Shown one piece after another: positions 38,822-52,526 of a stretch of DNA of 64,000 nucleotides. The position numbers and the translations under genes were made by a program. This DNA is from Octopus vulgaris (taxonomy: Eukaryota). Location: assembly GCA_951406725.2 (NCBI GenBank), contig OX597835.1, positions 46,872,001 to 46,936,000 on the forward strand, in the 5' to 3' direction. The notes beneath the pieces are model-generated. The model made no database searches. It worked only from the letters and a program-made list of their open reading frames with translations, and was not told where the DNA came from. The number at the start of each line of letters is the position of its first letter. Position 1 is the first letter of the stretch.

Positions 38822-41270
38822 TGTTTCTTTATTAGCCACACAGGGCTGCACACAGATAGAACAAATTACAAGGTAGAGCTTTTCTTTTGAAGGTAAAAAA
38901 AAAAAATAAAAATAAAAATAAAATAAAATAAAATAAAAAAAAAAATAAAAAAGGGGGGGTCGATCAAAAGGGATCGTAAAAGGAGAGAAAGAGGACAAAA
39001 AAGGGGGGGTAAAAAAAAGGGGGAGAGGAAAAAAATTGATCAATAGGGATCGTTATCACAGAAATGTCAATATGAAGTGTAAAGGGGAGGACAGGTGAGG
39101 TTTACCCGTGGAAAGAAAAGCCTACGGAAAAGACCACGGTAACCTCGGTCAATGAAGTCACATGTTATATTTCTTTTTTCTTTTTTTTTTTTGCAAATAA
39201 GCAACTCTCTGTATTAATTTTTACGGTTCATAGAATCATAGTCAAGGTGGCTTCGTCATTCATACGTGCCATCCTTGCTACATTCACCCATCTTTTTTTA
39301 AAACATTCACTAGACAAAACTTGCCTTTCTACACTCACTTTTTTCTTCAAGTGATACTTGAAGAAGTTGATGAGAGATTGACCAGAGAGGAAAGTGTTTG
39401 TCTCTAATCCTTTCAGGCGCGTCCACCAGATACATTCTTTCGCCATAGCCACAAGTATGATAAAATTAGCTCTTCCTTCCCGTTTGAAGGAAGGAGGCGT
39501 GACGATATTAACGATAGACTCGGCTGATAAACCGCCACGTCCCACACGTGACAGCAGTCGTTCGACATAAGCCCACAGGTGGGAAATTGCTGGACACTGC
39601 ACGATTGCGTGCAGAGCGGTTTCGTCGCTCTGCCCGCATCTCGGGCAGGTCGGCCCCGTGTTTCTCGAGCCATGCCTATAGAGCTTATCCCGAACGGGTA
39701 GCGCTTCTCGGTAGCACCGCCAGGCCAGGGATCTCTGGAAGTTGTCCATAGGTCCCGGGCCGAAAGTCGTTTGAAACAGGCGGGTCAGGTATTTCTCGTC
39801 GACGCCCAGGTTTGCCCCGAGCTCGTCGTCGTACCTCCCCTCCACTAATCCCCTATAGAATGCTTTGGTTGTGTTGAAGTCACTCAAGGTCGACCCGGGA
39901 CGGCAGAGTTGCTTGAGAGCAACGCGACACTCGCGGTGCCATTCGCCCTTCCTCGGCCTCTTTTTGATCCACGACTGTAGTTCGGTCATGGAGACGAGTT
40001 GCGGGAATGCGTGCCTCACAAACGGCGACCACACCTGTTCACCGTCGTCTACATAGAGCCGGAGATGTCGCAGTCTCAGCGCGTGTCTGCGCATCATCAA
40101 CCACGGCATGCCCAGCCCTCCTTTTAACGGGTGTTGACAGCAAATGGATCGCCTGACCATCGGGACGCATCCTTTCCACAAGAAGCGGAAGAGGATGCGT
40201 TCTAGTTTGGTGATGGTAGGGTCGGGACAAGGTACGACGGTCAGGCGGTAGTAGATGATGGACGCGATGTACGCGTTCACCACCTCCGCCCGACCTTTTA
40301 GGGACAGTTTCCTCTCGGCCCATTGCTGGGCGAGAGTGACCACCCTACTCGTTTTCTTGTTCCAGTTCTTCTCCATTTGGAGGTCCGGACCGAACCAGAC
40401 CCCGAGCAACTCAACCGGGCCGTCTGTCCAGCGTCCCACGACGGAGGTACTGGTGGACGGCATGGGCTTGCTTCTCCAGGTGCCGAGCCGCAAGCCCACT
40501 GACTTTTCCCGGTTGATTTTTGCTTCTGTCACCGCTTCGTAGTCTTTCAGTGTCTCGCCGACCCGCTCGATGTGCTCGTGGCTTGACACTATGACGGTGA
40601 CGTCGTCCGCGTATGCAGACACGCTCGTCCCGCATCCCAATTCTCGCGGGATGCCCCTTAGAGTCGCCAGCTTCCGCAGTAGTGGCTCAAGAGTCAATAC
40701 GTATAGAAGCGCCGAGAGGGGGCATCCCTGACGGACCGAACGTGCAATGTCGAAAGGTCTCGATAGATGTCCATTTACGCGAATTACCGAACGGATGCCT
40801 CTGTACAAGGCAGCTATCCAGCCGCGGAAGACGGGACCGAAACCAGCCGCTCTCAGGACTGCCTCCAAGTATCGATGGTCTACCCTATCAAAGGCTTTCG
40901 ATTGATCCAAGTTGATCAGGGTCCCACCCATGCCAGGTTCGTTAACTACCCTGTCTATGATGTAGCGCATCAGATGGAGGTTGTCATGGATGCTCCGGCC
41001 CGGCACGGCGCACGTTTGTACGTTGTCGACCAGTTTCTCGATGACAAGCGCCAACCTCTTGGCTAACACCTTTGTCAAAATTTTCAGGTCTGCATTGAGC
41101 AGTGTGATTGGTCTAAAGTTATCTATAATGTTTCCCTTGTTTAGATCTTTCTTCAGCAGAGTTACAGCTCCTCGACTCACAAAACCGGGTATGCTCCCGT
41201 TTTGCTGCCAGTTGCAGTATACCGCTGCCAAGACGTCTCCAAACAAGTCTGGCATACAATTGTAAAACTC
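38821..41270 (-). mobile_element. 5'-truncated Tx1/L1-clade non-LTR retrotransposon inserted in (GATA)n
   Basis: Flanked by (GATA)n at 38759-38821 and 41271-41429. The 3' UTR ends TCTGTGTGCAGCCCTGTGTGGCTAATAAAGAAACAT. Confidence 0.9.
39228..41270 (-). CDS. Tx1/L1-type ORF2 (RT domain + C-terminal zinc-binding domain), 5'-truncated, uninterrupted
   Basis: [66 protein letters not shown]; no endonuclease domain. The ORF-track N-terminus (LSIY repeats) is microsatellite. Confidence 0.93.
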   Translation of the reverse strand, partial: EFYNCMPDLFGDVLAAVYCNWQQNGSIPGFVSRGAVTLLKKDLNKGNIIDNFRPITLLNADLKILTKVLAKRLALVIEKLVDNVQTCAVPGRSIHDNLHLMRYIIDRVVNEPGMGGTLINLDQSKAFDRVDHRYLEAVLRAAGFGPVFRGWIAALYRGIRSVIRVNGHLSRPFDIARSVRQGCPLSALLYVLTLEPLLRKLATLRGIPRELGCGTSVSAYADDVTVIVSSHEHIERVGETLKDYEAVTEAKINREKSVGLRLGTWRSKPMPSTSTSVVGRWTDGPVELLGVWFGPDLQMEKNWNKKTSRVVTLAQQWAERKLSLKGRAEVVNAYIASIIYYRLTVVPCPDPTITKLERILFRFLWKGCVPMVRRSICCQHPLKGGLGMPWLMMRRHALRLRHLRLYVDDGEQVWSPFVRHAFPQLVSMTELQSWIKKRPRKGEWHRECRVALKQLCRPGSTLSDFNTTKAFYRGLVEGRYDDELGANLGVDEKYLTRLFQTTFGPGPMDNFQRSLAWRCYREALPVRDKLYRHGSRNTGPTCPRCGQSDETALHAIVQCPAISHLWAYVERLLSRVGRGGLSAESIVNIVTPPSFKREGRANFIILVAMAKECIWWTRLKGLETNTFLSGQSLINFFKYHLKKKVSVERQVLSSECFKKRWVNVARMARMNDEATLTMIL

Positions 41271-41337
<67 letters not shown>

Positions 41338-41346
41338 GTAGGTAGG

Positions 41347-41429
<83 letters not shown>

Positions 41430-41574
41430 TCGGCCGGCAAGAAATAACAGACAAATACACATCTGAAATTATAATTTAAGAGATTCAAAAAGAGAACACA
41501 GCATGGTCACAGCTCGTGAGCTGAAACTAGATAAAATGAAAATGAAAATGAAAATTATGCCTGCTAAATATTGA

Positions 41575-41790
41575 TTTTAAATTTTGGCCAAGGCCAGCGA
41601 ATTCTAGGGAGTGGGCCAAATCGAGTACATCGAATTTGGTGTTCAGCTGGTACTTATTTTTTCGACCCCGAAAATTTTGAAAGGTAAAATCGACCGCGGC
41701 GGAATTAGAACTCAGAACGTAAGGATGGGTGAAATTCTGCTAAGCATTTTACCCGGAGTGCTAACGACTATGCCAGGTGGCCGCCCTATA
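41575..41790 (-). mobile_element. SINE family B
   Basis: GGTACTTATTTTTTCGACCCCG...AAAATCGACCGCGGCGGAATTAGAACTCAGAACG, reverse orientation. Confidence 0.65.
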
Positions 41791-41809
41791 ATGCCTTATA
41801 CATATTAAC

Positions 41810-41858
<49 letters not shown>

Positions 41859-41975
41859 GCACACATATGCACACACACACATGCACACACACAAGTATAA
41901 GGATAGCCAAGGCTGGAAGTATATTTTATGATTGGAAGTGTTTTTCCTTTTTCTTTTTTCTCTTTTTTTATATAC

Positions 41976-42181
41976 TCTTTACTCTTTTATTTGTTTCAGT
42001 CATTTGACTGCGGCCATGCTGAAGCACCACCTTTAATCGAGCAACTCGACCCCGGGACTTATTCTTTGTAAGCCCAGTACTTATTCTATCGATCTCTTTT
42101 GCCGAACCGCAAGTGACGGGGACATAAACACACCAGCATCGGTTGTCAAGCAATGCTAGGGGGACAAACACAGACACACAA

Positions 42182-42270
<89 letters not shown>

Positions 42271-42437
42271 TACGACGGCCTTCTTTCAGTTTCCGTCAAC
42301 CAAAATCCACTCACAAGGCTTTGGTCGGCCCGAGGCTATAGTAGATGACACTTGCCCAAGGTGCCACGCAGTGGGACTGAACCCGGAACCATGTGGTTGG
42401 TAAGCAAGCTACTTACCACACATCCACTCCTGCGCCT
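41976..42437 (-). mobile_element. SINE family A, full length, low divergence
   Basis: Complete reverse consensus ending CCACTCCTGCGCC. Confidence 0.9.
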
Positions 42438-42702
42438 ATATATATATATATATAACTGATTGAATGAAGTGAGTACAGGTAGGAATTGAAATGGAGACCG
42501 CGGCACAGTTATTAGTGTAAAACGAATAGAGAACGATATGAGTGCTGTGAGGTGTTGTTATTGAACACACATCCTTTGAGATCGGGTGCCCCACCCCTAA
42601 TCAAGGGCAAAAATATTGAAACTTGTACGAGCAGAAATACACACACTTGTACACGCAAGCAAATACTTACCATCGCACGTGCCCGTCATACAGATACCAG
42701 CA

Positions 42703-42783
<81 letters not shown>

Positions 42784-42860
42784 GAGTGTGCGTGCGCGTA
42801 TATATATAGTGTTGACGTCATAAACACTAAATGTATGTATGTAGATACATATATATTTTC

Positions 42861-43021
<161 letters not shown>

Positions 43022-43445
43022 TAGATATATATAGGGAGAGTTTACGAAAAAAACAAAAGACGGAGACAGGTGGTGTATAAAACAAACAGATGTATTAGTA
43101 TAACGCTCAGTATATATATATATTTATATATATATGTATGTATGTATATATATACGAATACATACAGACACACACACTCACACGCAGACACAGACACCCA
43201 CCCACACATACTCCTATATATTCGTTGCAGGTGTTTCCAGAAAACATCCAGACAAATTTTTCATTCTCCCTCATCGTGTCTCAATTTGACCCTTCGGGTC
43301 AACGTAACCAAATTTCGAACCAGCCCTACCACTCTGTCTCCGTAGTCTACACCCCACCTCCATCACATCTCCGCCAAAATACACATACCTTGAATCCTCC
43401 ACCGTTCATGACCATGTATCTATTTTATGTATAAATGATGTATGA

Positions 43446-43602
<157 letters not shown>

Positions 43603-43612
43603 TATATGTATC

Positions 43613-43687
<75 letters not shown>

Positions 43688-43689
43688 GC

Positions 43690-43727
<38 letters not shown>

Positions 43728-43975
43728 ATGCGCTTGGGTCTATCTGGGTGTTAATGTATGTATGCTAATGTTTAATTACCATTATAAGTGTATTGTAACT
43801 GTGAGATGTATAAATGTTACGCAGGTAAGAATGTGTATGTGTGTATTTATGTTACCTGTGGTACTTTTCTTCAGACACTCACACATAAACACACACAGAC
43901 ACGTATACATACTAACGTACAAATTATGTATCTTTCCATCAGTCTCTTCTCTCTCTCTCCCTTTACACATACATA

Positions 43976-44036
<61 letters not shown>

Positions 44037-44039
44037 TAT

Positions 44040-44220
44040 ATAAAATCCGTTCTGTCTGTCTGTCTGTCTGTGTCTCTTCTCGGATCTCGGGCATCCTCCA
44101 TCCGATTGCGCTCAAATTTGATATGTAGATACCGACGGTATCAGGGCGTGTATAAGTCTTCAAAAATTACAAAAATCGATTCCAGGTGAGAATGCGATCG
44201 ATAAAGCTGTTTTTGTCCTG
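44040..44220 (+). mobile_element. Helitron/Helentron-type non-autonomous element 5' region
   Basis: TATATAAAA followed by (GTCT)n and CCGATTGCGCTCAAATTTG, a layout typical of Lep1/DINE-like elements; 3' end not identified. Confidence 0.4.
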
Positions 44221-44663
44221 CTTATCTTCCGTCAACCTGTACATAACTGTACTTTCCATTTTTTGTTGTTTTTGTACTGCTTAAAGGCACGTTTCTTTCC
44301 TGCCAAGCTTACTGTTTAAACCGTGTTTGTGTTCTCCCAGTCAACAGCCTATTCATTACTGGTACTTTCAACTCTTCGGTTGCATATTTGTGTGAATAAA
44401 ATCGTTTTTCTTTGGAATAGTAAAAAGTCTATCTTTATTTCTTCTGTTGCTGATGCCTCAAATTTAGGTTAAATCAGTGTTTCTCAAATATGGGACGGTC
44501 GGACAAGATGTTTTGAGAAAATTTGGTTTAAATGTCTGACAACTCAGCACCGTCCATTGGACGGGGACGTTTTGCTCGTATATATATATATATATATATA
44601 ATACAATTGTTCCTTTGTTTTCCACCTGCCTTCGTCTTTTGTTTATTTTCATAAAGCTTCCCG

Positions 44664-44763
<100 letters not shown>

Positions 44764-45256
44764 CATACATACATACATACATACATACATACATACATAC
44801 ATACATACATACATACATACGTACATACATACAAAAATACTTTGTTCTTGATGATAAAATTCTAATGAAGGTGTTTTGGACCTAGGTTGGAAACCGGCTC
44901 TTTCTCTATTGGGAAGAAATCTTGAAATAAAACTGAACAATCAAATACATACATGCACACATATACGCACGTATACAGATAAATGCATATATATCTATAT
45001 ATTTCTGTTAATCTATTTATGTCTGTCGATCTTTCTATGTATGTATGTATGTATGTATGTATGTATGTATGTATGTATGCATGCATGTATAAGGCAGGTT
45101 TCTAGGGAGTAGCTGTTTACCGAAATGTATCCACAAGGTATCGCTGAACACACGGCTCGAGGGCCGCATAGTAAAGTGTACATGCCCAAGACAAAGGCAC
45201 CGGGTAATGCCCTTGAAATCGTAACAACACTTTTGCAGATGTGGATGTACATTGTG

Positions 45257-45292
<36 letters not shown>

Positions 45293-45427
45293 TCGGTGTG
45301 TGTGGGGACTTTTCACTTCTCCGTTCCGACAAAAAACTATGCTCGAAACGTCAAACTCTCTCTTTTCACCGAGCATCAAGCTCATGCAATTCTTGTGCAC
45401 GTCTTCCTGTTGTCCGTAAATTTTACT

Positions 45428-45948
45428 CAGGGTGATTGAAAAGTAAGTCCCTATTTTAAGATACTTATGAATTATTTATAAATTGTAATTTTTACCAAAA
45501 AACAAAAATGGATATGAGAGGAAAGCTTTTAGTATGAGGTTCTGTTTAAAATTCGATCTGGGTTCCAGATGTCGCCACTAGCTTCTTGAGTCGCCTGGGA
45601 ATTGTGTCAACTGACTTCACCAGAAACTCTCTTAGGATGGAAGAAGACACAAACTCGTCATATTCGCCCTTCAAGTTCTTCCAGAGTCTTTGGTTTGGTA
45701 CAGCAGACTTGTTCCTTTAACCAACCCCAAAGAAAGATGTCACCGGGTGTCAAGTTGGGACTTCTGGCTGGCCACCCATGCGGACCACGACGACTCATCC
45801 ATCTCCTGGGAAAGTGGGTATTCACTCATTTGTGAATGACAATAGCAATACAACCAAAGAGTAAATTGTTATGTTTTTAAAAAAAACAAACACGGAAAGT
45901 TTGAAAAAAAATTATTTTTAAATAGGGAGTCACTTTTCAATTACCCTG
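45428..45948 (-). mobile_element. Internally deleted Tc1/mariner element
   Basis: TIRs CAGGGT(G/A)ATTGAAAAGT(AAG/GAC)TCCCTATTT. The minus strand encodes WPARSPNLTPGDIFLWGWLKEQV...KTLEELEGRI. Confidence 0.8.
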
Positions 45949-45954
45949 TATGTA

Positions 45955-45999
<45 letters not shown>

Positions 46000-46236
46000 A
46001 GACTTTTTTGTTAAAAAAACAAAAGACTGCGGAAACAGATGCTATTACCGTATAACGTCTCAGGAATGTATATTATTATAGGCGCAGGTATCTTTTGGTA
46101 ACCGTAAGCTTGCGGGGACGAACTACATGGTATCGGTTGTCACTGCGATGCATCTTGGGCAAACACAGACACACAAACATATACACACACATACATATAG
46201 CCTATATAAGTGGATTTTACGAAAAAAAACAAAAGA

Positions 46237-46624
46237 CGAAGCCTGTCGTATGTATGTATATATATATATATATGTATGTATGTGTGTGTGTTTGTGTGTC
46301 TGTGTTTGTCCCCCTAGCATTGCTTGACAACCGATGCTGGTGTGTTTACGCCCCCGTCACTTAGCGGTTCGGCAAAAATAGACCGATAGAATAAGTACTG
46401 GGCTTACAAAGAATAAGTCCCGGGGTCGATTTGCTCGACTAAAGGCGGTGCTCCAGCATGGCCGCAGTCAAATGACTGAAACAAGTAAAAGTAAAAGTAA
46501 AAGTAATATATACATATATATGACGGGCTTCTTTCAGTTTCCATCTACCAAATCCACTCACAAGGCTTTGGTCGGCCCGAGGCTACAGTAGAAGACACTT
46601 GCCCAAGGTGCCACGCAGTGGGAA
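46237..46624. mobile_element. SINE family A pieces: 3' part (+, 46237-46505) and head part (-, 46521-46624)
   Basis: Near-consensus sequence in both pieces. Confidence 0.8.
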
Positions 46625-46658
<34 letters not shown>

Positions 46659-46916
46659 CATGTATGTATGTATGTATGTGTGTGTGTATGTATGTATGTA
46701 TGTATGTATGTATGTATGTATGTATGTATGCATGTATGCGAGTATATATCACTGCGCTTTGTATACACGCTATGCGTCTATGTGCGTACGGCTGAGGATG
46801 GTGTATGAGAATACGTTTCGTTGGATGTTTATATGGTTAGGTTTAAATGTTTTTCTCTATAAGAATAATTGGTGTTCTGTGCTGGTGGCTGTATAAGGAA
46901 GTGGCTAAAATAAGAA

Positions 46917-46953
<37 letters not shown>

Positions 46954-47287
46954 GTCGTCATCAACATCAATAACAACAATAGCAACAACAACAACGAGCA
47001 GAGCGACGACACAGGTGTAACACTTCAACACAATAAACAATGGCGAAGAGTCATTGAACTATAAACGGATACAAAAATCCCCTACAAAGACGCACACACA
47101 AAGGCATTATGTATAATTATGTGTAAATATACATACATCCATATATACACACGTATACATACACATATACGTATAAACAAACATGATTTACACCAAGCTA
47201 CATTATTATATTCATATATATCTATATATAACAGTCTGTGCATATACCTCTCACTACATACACACACACACACACATATATATATAT

Positions 47288-47330
<43 letters not shown>

Positions 47331-47441
47331 TACACACAAATATATATATACACTTATGCATATATATGTATGTATTTATATATATATACACACACAAATA
47401 TATATGCATATACATATATATATACATATACATACATAGAT

Positions 47442-47535
<94 letters not shown>

Positions 47536-47537
<2 letters not shown>

Positions 47538-48412
47538 GTCAGGACACCCAAAAGAAACCGATATTTTGCCATGTTACCCTTTTATCGCCTTCAATGTATT
47601 CTCCATTCAAAGCAATGCATCGGTCCGGACAAGTTCTCCACGGTTGGAAGCAATCCTGGAGCTCTTGCGAAGTGATGCCTTTTAACACCATCGTCGTTTT
47701 TTTTTTTCTCTCCACCTCTTCCATATCTGCAACTTCCATACCACTAGCTTTCGTCACCAGTGATGACCTTCGACCCCGGATCAACTTCCACCTGTTCTTT
47801 CAGTTCACAACATGCATTCACTCGTGACTGGTTTTGATCTTCCGTGAACAAACGTGGCACACATTTTGTTGCAACTCTTTTCATTCGCAATTCCTTGCTC
47901 AAAATTCGTTGGTAGGAGCTCCAGGACACACCAGTCATAGCAACAAGTTCACCAATTGTTCAGTGACGGTCCTCCCATGATCACTTCATGAATTATCATG
48001 ATGTTTTCATTCGTCCGAGAGGTCGACGGTGTGCCTGAATGAGGTTGGCCTTCAAGCAACAACTGACCATTCCTAAAGCTTGAAAACCACTTGTAAACTT
48101 GTGTTTTGATCATGGCAGAGCCCTTGTAAGCTGTTTGAAGCATGACAACTGTTTTGGCCACCGTTTACCCCAGCAGAAAACAATTTCACGGAAGCACACT
48201 GTTCCTTCGTTTCTGCCATCACAAAAATCGTTGAACAGGGGAGAAACACTGCGAAACAAAGAGGCACCATATGGCAGTACGACTTAAACCGACATCACCG
48301 GTCGGAAGATTGATGCCTGAAGGTTGCATAAAGTGGTTTCTGGTGGCGGAAGCCCGAACTACAACAGGCTTATCCCACAGAGAACGTTTCTGGCTACTTT
48401 TGGGTACCCCTT
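47536..48412 (-). mobile_element. Degenerate, internally deleted mariner
   Basis: MAETKEQCASVK...TQVYKWFSSF...KRVATKCVPRL...VITGDES, jumping to the C-terminal [13 protein letters not shown]; weak TIR core ACCCAAAAG at both ends. Confidence 0.75.
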
Positions 48413-48596
48413 CCTATATACATCCATTCATTCATCCATCCATCCATCCATCCATCCATCCATCCATCCATACATACATACATACATACATACATACATA
48501 CATACATACATACATACACACATACATATATACATATGTGTGTGTATTTTTATATATATATATTTATTCATGTATGTATGTATGTATGTATGTATG

Positions 48597-48628
<32 letters not shown>

Positions 48629-48817
48629 ACCTGTGAGTGGTGATTTATGGTCAGGTGGATCAGTCCAACACACCAACAAAACTTTAATCACGAAGCTGAG
48701 TCAAACCATTATATATGACGTGTTCTTGTTTGTCTCCCGTCCTGGCTTGATTCACGCGTTCGCCGCTGCAACCTCATTCAGGCTTTAACTACATATTTGG
48801 TAATATTTTACAAGCGG

Positions 48818-49010
48818 CAAGCTAGCGGAACCGTTAGCGTACTTAATGGCATTTCGTCCGCTTTTACGTTCTGAGTTCAAATTCCACCGAGGTCTACTTT
48901 GCCTTTCATCCATTCGCAATCGATAAATTAAGTACCAGTTGTACATTGGGGTCGAAGTAATCGACTTAACCCTTCCTTGGAATAACTGGTCATGTGCCAA
49001 AATTTAAAAT
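48818..49010 (+). mobile_element. SINE family B
   Basis: GCTAGCGGAACCGTTAGC...GAGTTCAAATTCCACCGAGGTCTACTTTGCCTTTCATCC...GGGGTCGAAGTAATCGACT. Confidence 0.75.
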
Positions 49011-49047
49011 TAATATTTTACATGCGACTCACTATACATAAAAACTT

Positions 49048-49085
<38 letters not shown>

Positions 49086-49094
49086 ATACATATG

Positions 49095-49375
49095 GATGGC
49101 TAAAACGTTTCTTCGTTTTATTTTTAAACGTAAATGGGGTACAAGATTTATTCAATTGACGATATTATTACAATTTCGTTCCAGTATTTTTTGCCATCAT
49201 ATGGGCGGGTCCATTATTTCTTCCTCAAAAATTTCCTGTCTTTACCTACGAAAAATTCTTCCTGGTAGATTTTTGCTTATTCTTCAGAGATGAAGATCTG
49301 TCCATTCAATACCTTTCGAAGAGACCAGAACAGGTGGAAATCTGAAGGCGCCAAGTCGGGCGAACATGAAACATC
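49095..49375 (-). mobile_element. Mariner 3'-end relic
   Basis: Antisense mariner-like text (GAAATCTGAAGGCGCCAAGTCGGG = PDLAPSDF) next to a TIR-like start. Confidence 0.55.
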
Positions 49376-49440
49376 GATTCTATTGACGTAACCAATTTTA
49401 TGTTGAGGGTTTTCAACACTTGAAAGTGGAACACGACCGT

Positions 49441-49482
<42 letters not shown>

Positions 49483-49621
49483 AACATAAACCTGATGATT
49501 GCGTAATGCATGAAAGTACTAGTCTTGCTGCAATGAATATATAATATTCTATTATTATAATATTGTAAAATTGTAAATAATAAAACGTGAAAATCAGACA
49601 CGGTTAGAATTTCATTGATTA

Positions 49622-49685
<64 letters not shown>

Positions 49686-49834
49686 TATCTATTAGAGAAT
49701 GGAGAAACATACTTAAATCAATAAAACATATATATGATATATATCAATATATACATATATATTTATATATATATATATTATGCTCTCTTACACAAACTTA
49801 TAAACCCGGTTTCTGTGGCGTGTATATTCTCCAT

Positions 49835-49987
49835 CTCGTAGTGTTACTCATTTTTGCCAGCTGAGTGGACTCGAGCAATGGAAATTAAATGCTTTGCTCA
49901 AGAACACAGGGCAGTGCCCGATCCAGGAATCGAAACCACAATCTTGCGATCAGGAGTCCAACAATCTAACCACTAAGCCATGCGCCT
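49835..49987 (-). mobile_element. SINE family C head
   Basis: Minus strand GGCGCATGGCTTAGTGGTTAG...GTTTCGATTCCTGG...GTGTTCTTGAGCAAAGCATTT. Confidence 0.7.
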
Positions 49988-50067
49988 CCACTATATATGT
50001 GTATGCACACACACACACACACACACTTACACACACTCACACACACATACACCCACACATATATATG

Positions 50068-50109
<42 letters not shown>

Positions 50110-50574
50110 CAAATCCCAAAAGCTTAAAAGGTAACAATTAATTCTGGAAAAGAAGAAAAGAAAGAAAAAAAAAAGAAAGAATGGGAAACAGAAAGAAAGA
50201 TGGAAAGAAACAAAGAATGATCGTGGAGGCATATAAAGAGGTGCGTGGGGGTCGAGAGAAGAAAGAAGCGACCCCCTGAGGCGTGAAAACCTATTTTATC
50301 TCAGCGACGGTGGTTAGCGATCCGAGGTGAACGTTGTCAAAACTCCGTTTAGTCTTCAGAATAGACGTCACTGTAAGGGTCCTAGTTTTGTTTTGTTTCT
50401 GTTTTCTGATGCTGTTGTTGTTGTTGTTATTACTGTTGTTGTTGTCGTCGTCGTCGTTGTTGTTGTTGCTTAGCCCCAAGATCAGCAACTTTGACTAAGC
50501 GAATTTATAGTCAAAAGACATTCCTGAGATTAGCAGTCTTTTCTGCTTTGGGGGAGGTGTAGTATTTAGCATTG

Positions 50575-51400
50575 TACAAGGTGCGTTCCAGAAGTTCTTA
50601 GATTCCTTCCGGAGAGACTTTTATTAATTTCAAAGAAACGCAAAACTCTAATCTCCTTCATGTAGGATCCTCTGACTTCAATCGAGTTACTGTAGTGTTC
50701 CAGCCATTTCATAAAGGCTCCATGGTCGTCCTTCAAAAAGTAAGGTGCCCTGGTCCTTGTCACAGCCTCTTTCATCTTCAAAACAACTTCTCCTGATGTT
50801 TTCCTTCAGCCTGGGGAACAAAACCAAAAGTCATAAGGAGCAAAGTCTGGACATCAGGGAGCACGCGGGAAGTCTTTGATGTCTATCTTTGTCAAATAGT
50901 TGGTTACAGGATGTTCGTCCCCGAAGAACCCTAACAACAAAACTATGCACAAATTTTGCGCAGGTTCAGATCTTCATGAATAACTCCGAGTACAATTGTC
51001 CCACGAACTCTGAACCGTATGTTTATTGTCTTTATAGACACATGACAGCCTTCAACCAAAACATTTTCCCAATCAGCTTCGATGTTCGAACCTCCATATC
51101 CCCTCCTCCACACACCCGTTATCGTCTCTCATCTCATCTTTGAACTTTTTGTTCCAACAAAAATGTTAATCCACGAAGTTTCAGCAGTGTTTTTGCCCAG
51201 ATTAACATAAAACCCTTTATTGCACATGGCGAGTGTCCAAGCGTCCCGACAGCATTCTACAAAGCAGTCAGCTGTGACAAGCAGTGTTTGGTAGATTCTC
51301 TCCTTTAATCTGAAATAACAAAAGTCGGCAAGTCAGCTTATTTGATGTCTAGTAATGCTGTACTAAAATGACAACAATCTTGAACAGTTGTAACTGCCGC
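50575..51400 (-). mobile_element. Degenerate mariner relic
   Basis: TA|CAAGGTGCGTTCCAGAAG TIR-like start; the minus strand encodes GAFMKWLEHYSNSIEVRGSYMKE (transposase C-terminus). The right boundary is approximate. Confidence 0.6.
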
Positions 51401-51449
51401 TCTTAAAAATATATATATATATGTGGAGTGGGGTGCGAGCGCTGGTCTT

Positions 51450-51595
51450 CTCTCACCTTCTGTCTACCAAATCCATTCACAAGGCATTGGTCGGCTCGAA
51501 GCTATACCAGAATACACTGTCAAAGATGCTACACAGTGGAACTGAACCCGGAACCATGTAGCTGGGATGCAAACTTCTTACCACACAGCCAAGCC
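51450..51595 (-). mobile_element. SINE family A head fragment
   Basis: CCTTCTGTCTACCAAATCCATTCACAAGGC...ACTGAACCCGGAACCATGT...TTACCACACAGCC. Confidence 0.7.
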
Positions 51596-52234
51596 AAAAA
51601 TATAATTATAAAAATTTAATTATGGAAATATAACAGGACGTTTTTAGCATTGAATGACTATGTGGACCTGTCCGAGCAAAATAGAAATCGGGGAGGGGGC
51701 CAAATCAAGGAGGGGTGGGTCCAAAATCGAGGAGGGGTGGGTCCAAAATTAAAAAAAAACATGGTTGAGAAATTCTGGTTCAGTGTATGTTGTGCTGTGA
51801 GTTGAGAAGTGGTTGATATAAGGTCAGCCAAATTGAATCAGTTGTCGACTGGGAGGAATCGCTGTTGTTGCTGCTGTTGTTTTTGTTTAACCCTAGGTCG
51901 GCTCTGAGCATGCAGAGCTATAATGCACAAGCATTCCAGTCATGACCACCCCTACCTTTTTTAGTTTGTTTTTCCGATAAAATGAGTACAAAATAGCATC
52001 GTCTGATGATAACTTTTTTTCAAATATATTTAAGACGGAAGAGTAATGGTTTCCAAATTTTTCGCGTTGGCGACGCCCTTGAAAAGAAATGGACTGTCCA
52101 CTTAGTCTTCCGTCTGTCATCACAATCACCATCACTCGTACCTTTATCACGCCGTCATCGTCGTCATTATTGTAGCTGTCATCGCCGCCGTCACCAACGG
52201 TGTCATTGTCATCGTCGTCGTTGCATCGTCATCG

Positions 52235-52266
<32 letters not shown>

Positions 52267-52492
52267 AGCAGCATCAACATCATCGTCGGAGTGAAAGTGG
52301 TGGTGGTGGTGGTGGTCGTCATCTTTTTCATCATTTACTAACTCCGCCACCATCAGTATCACTCTCTCATTACCACAATCACCATCATGATCATCATCAT
52401 CATCTTCGTCATCCTCAATCATCATCTTCGTCATCCTCATCATCACCATCATCATCATTATCATCATCATCATCATCATCTTCGACATCCTC

Positions 52493-52526
<34 letters not shown>

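Noticed and set aside
39413-41265. Several GC-rich ORFs overlapping the Tx1 RT (other frames and antisense)
   Set aside because: Shadow ORFs of a GC-rich coding element; no independent motifs.
41271-41462. N-terminal 64 aa of the 744-aa ORF
   Set aside because: Read-through from the (GATA)n flank; RT homology starts at 41270.
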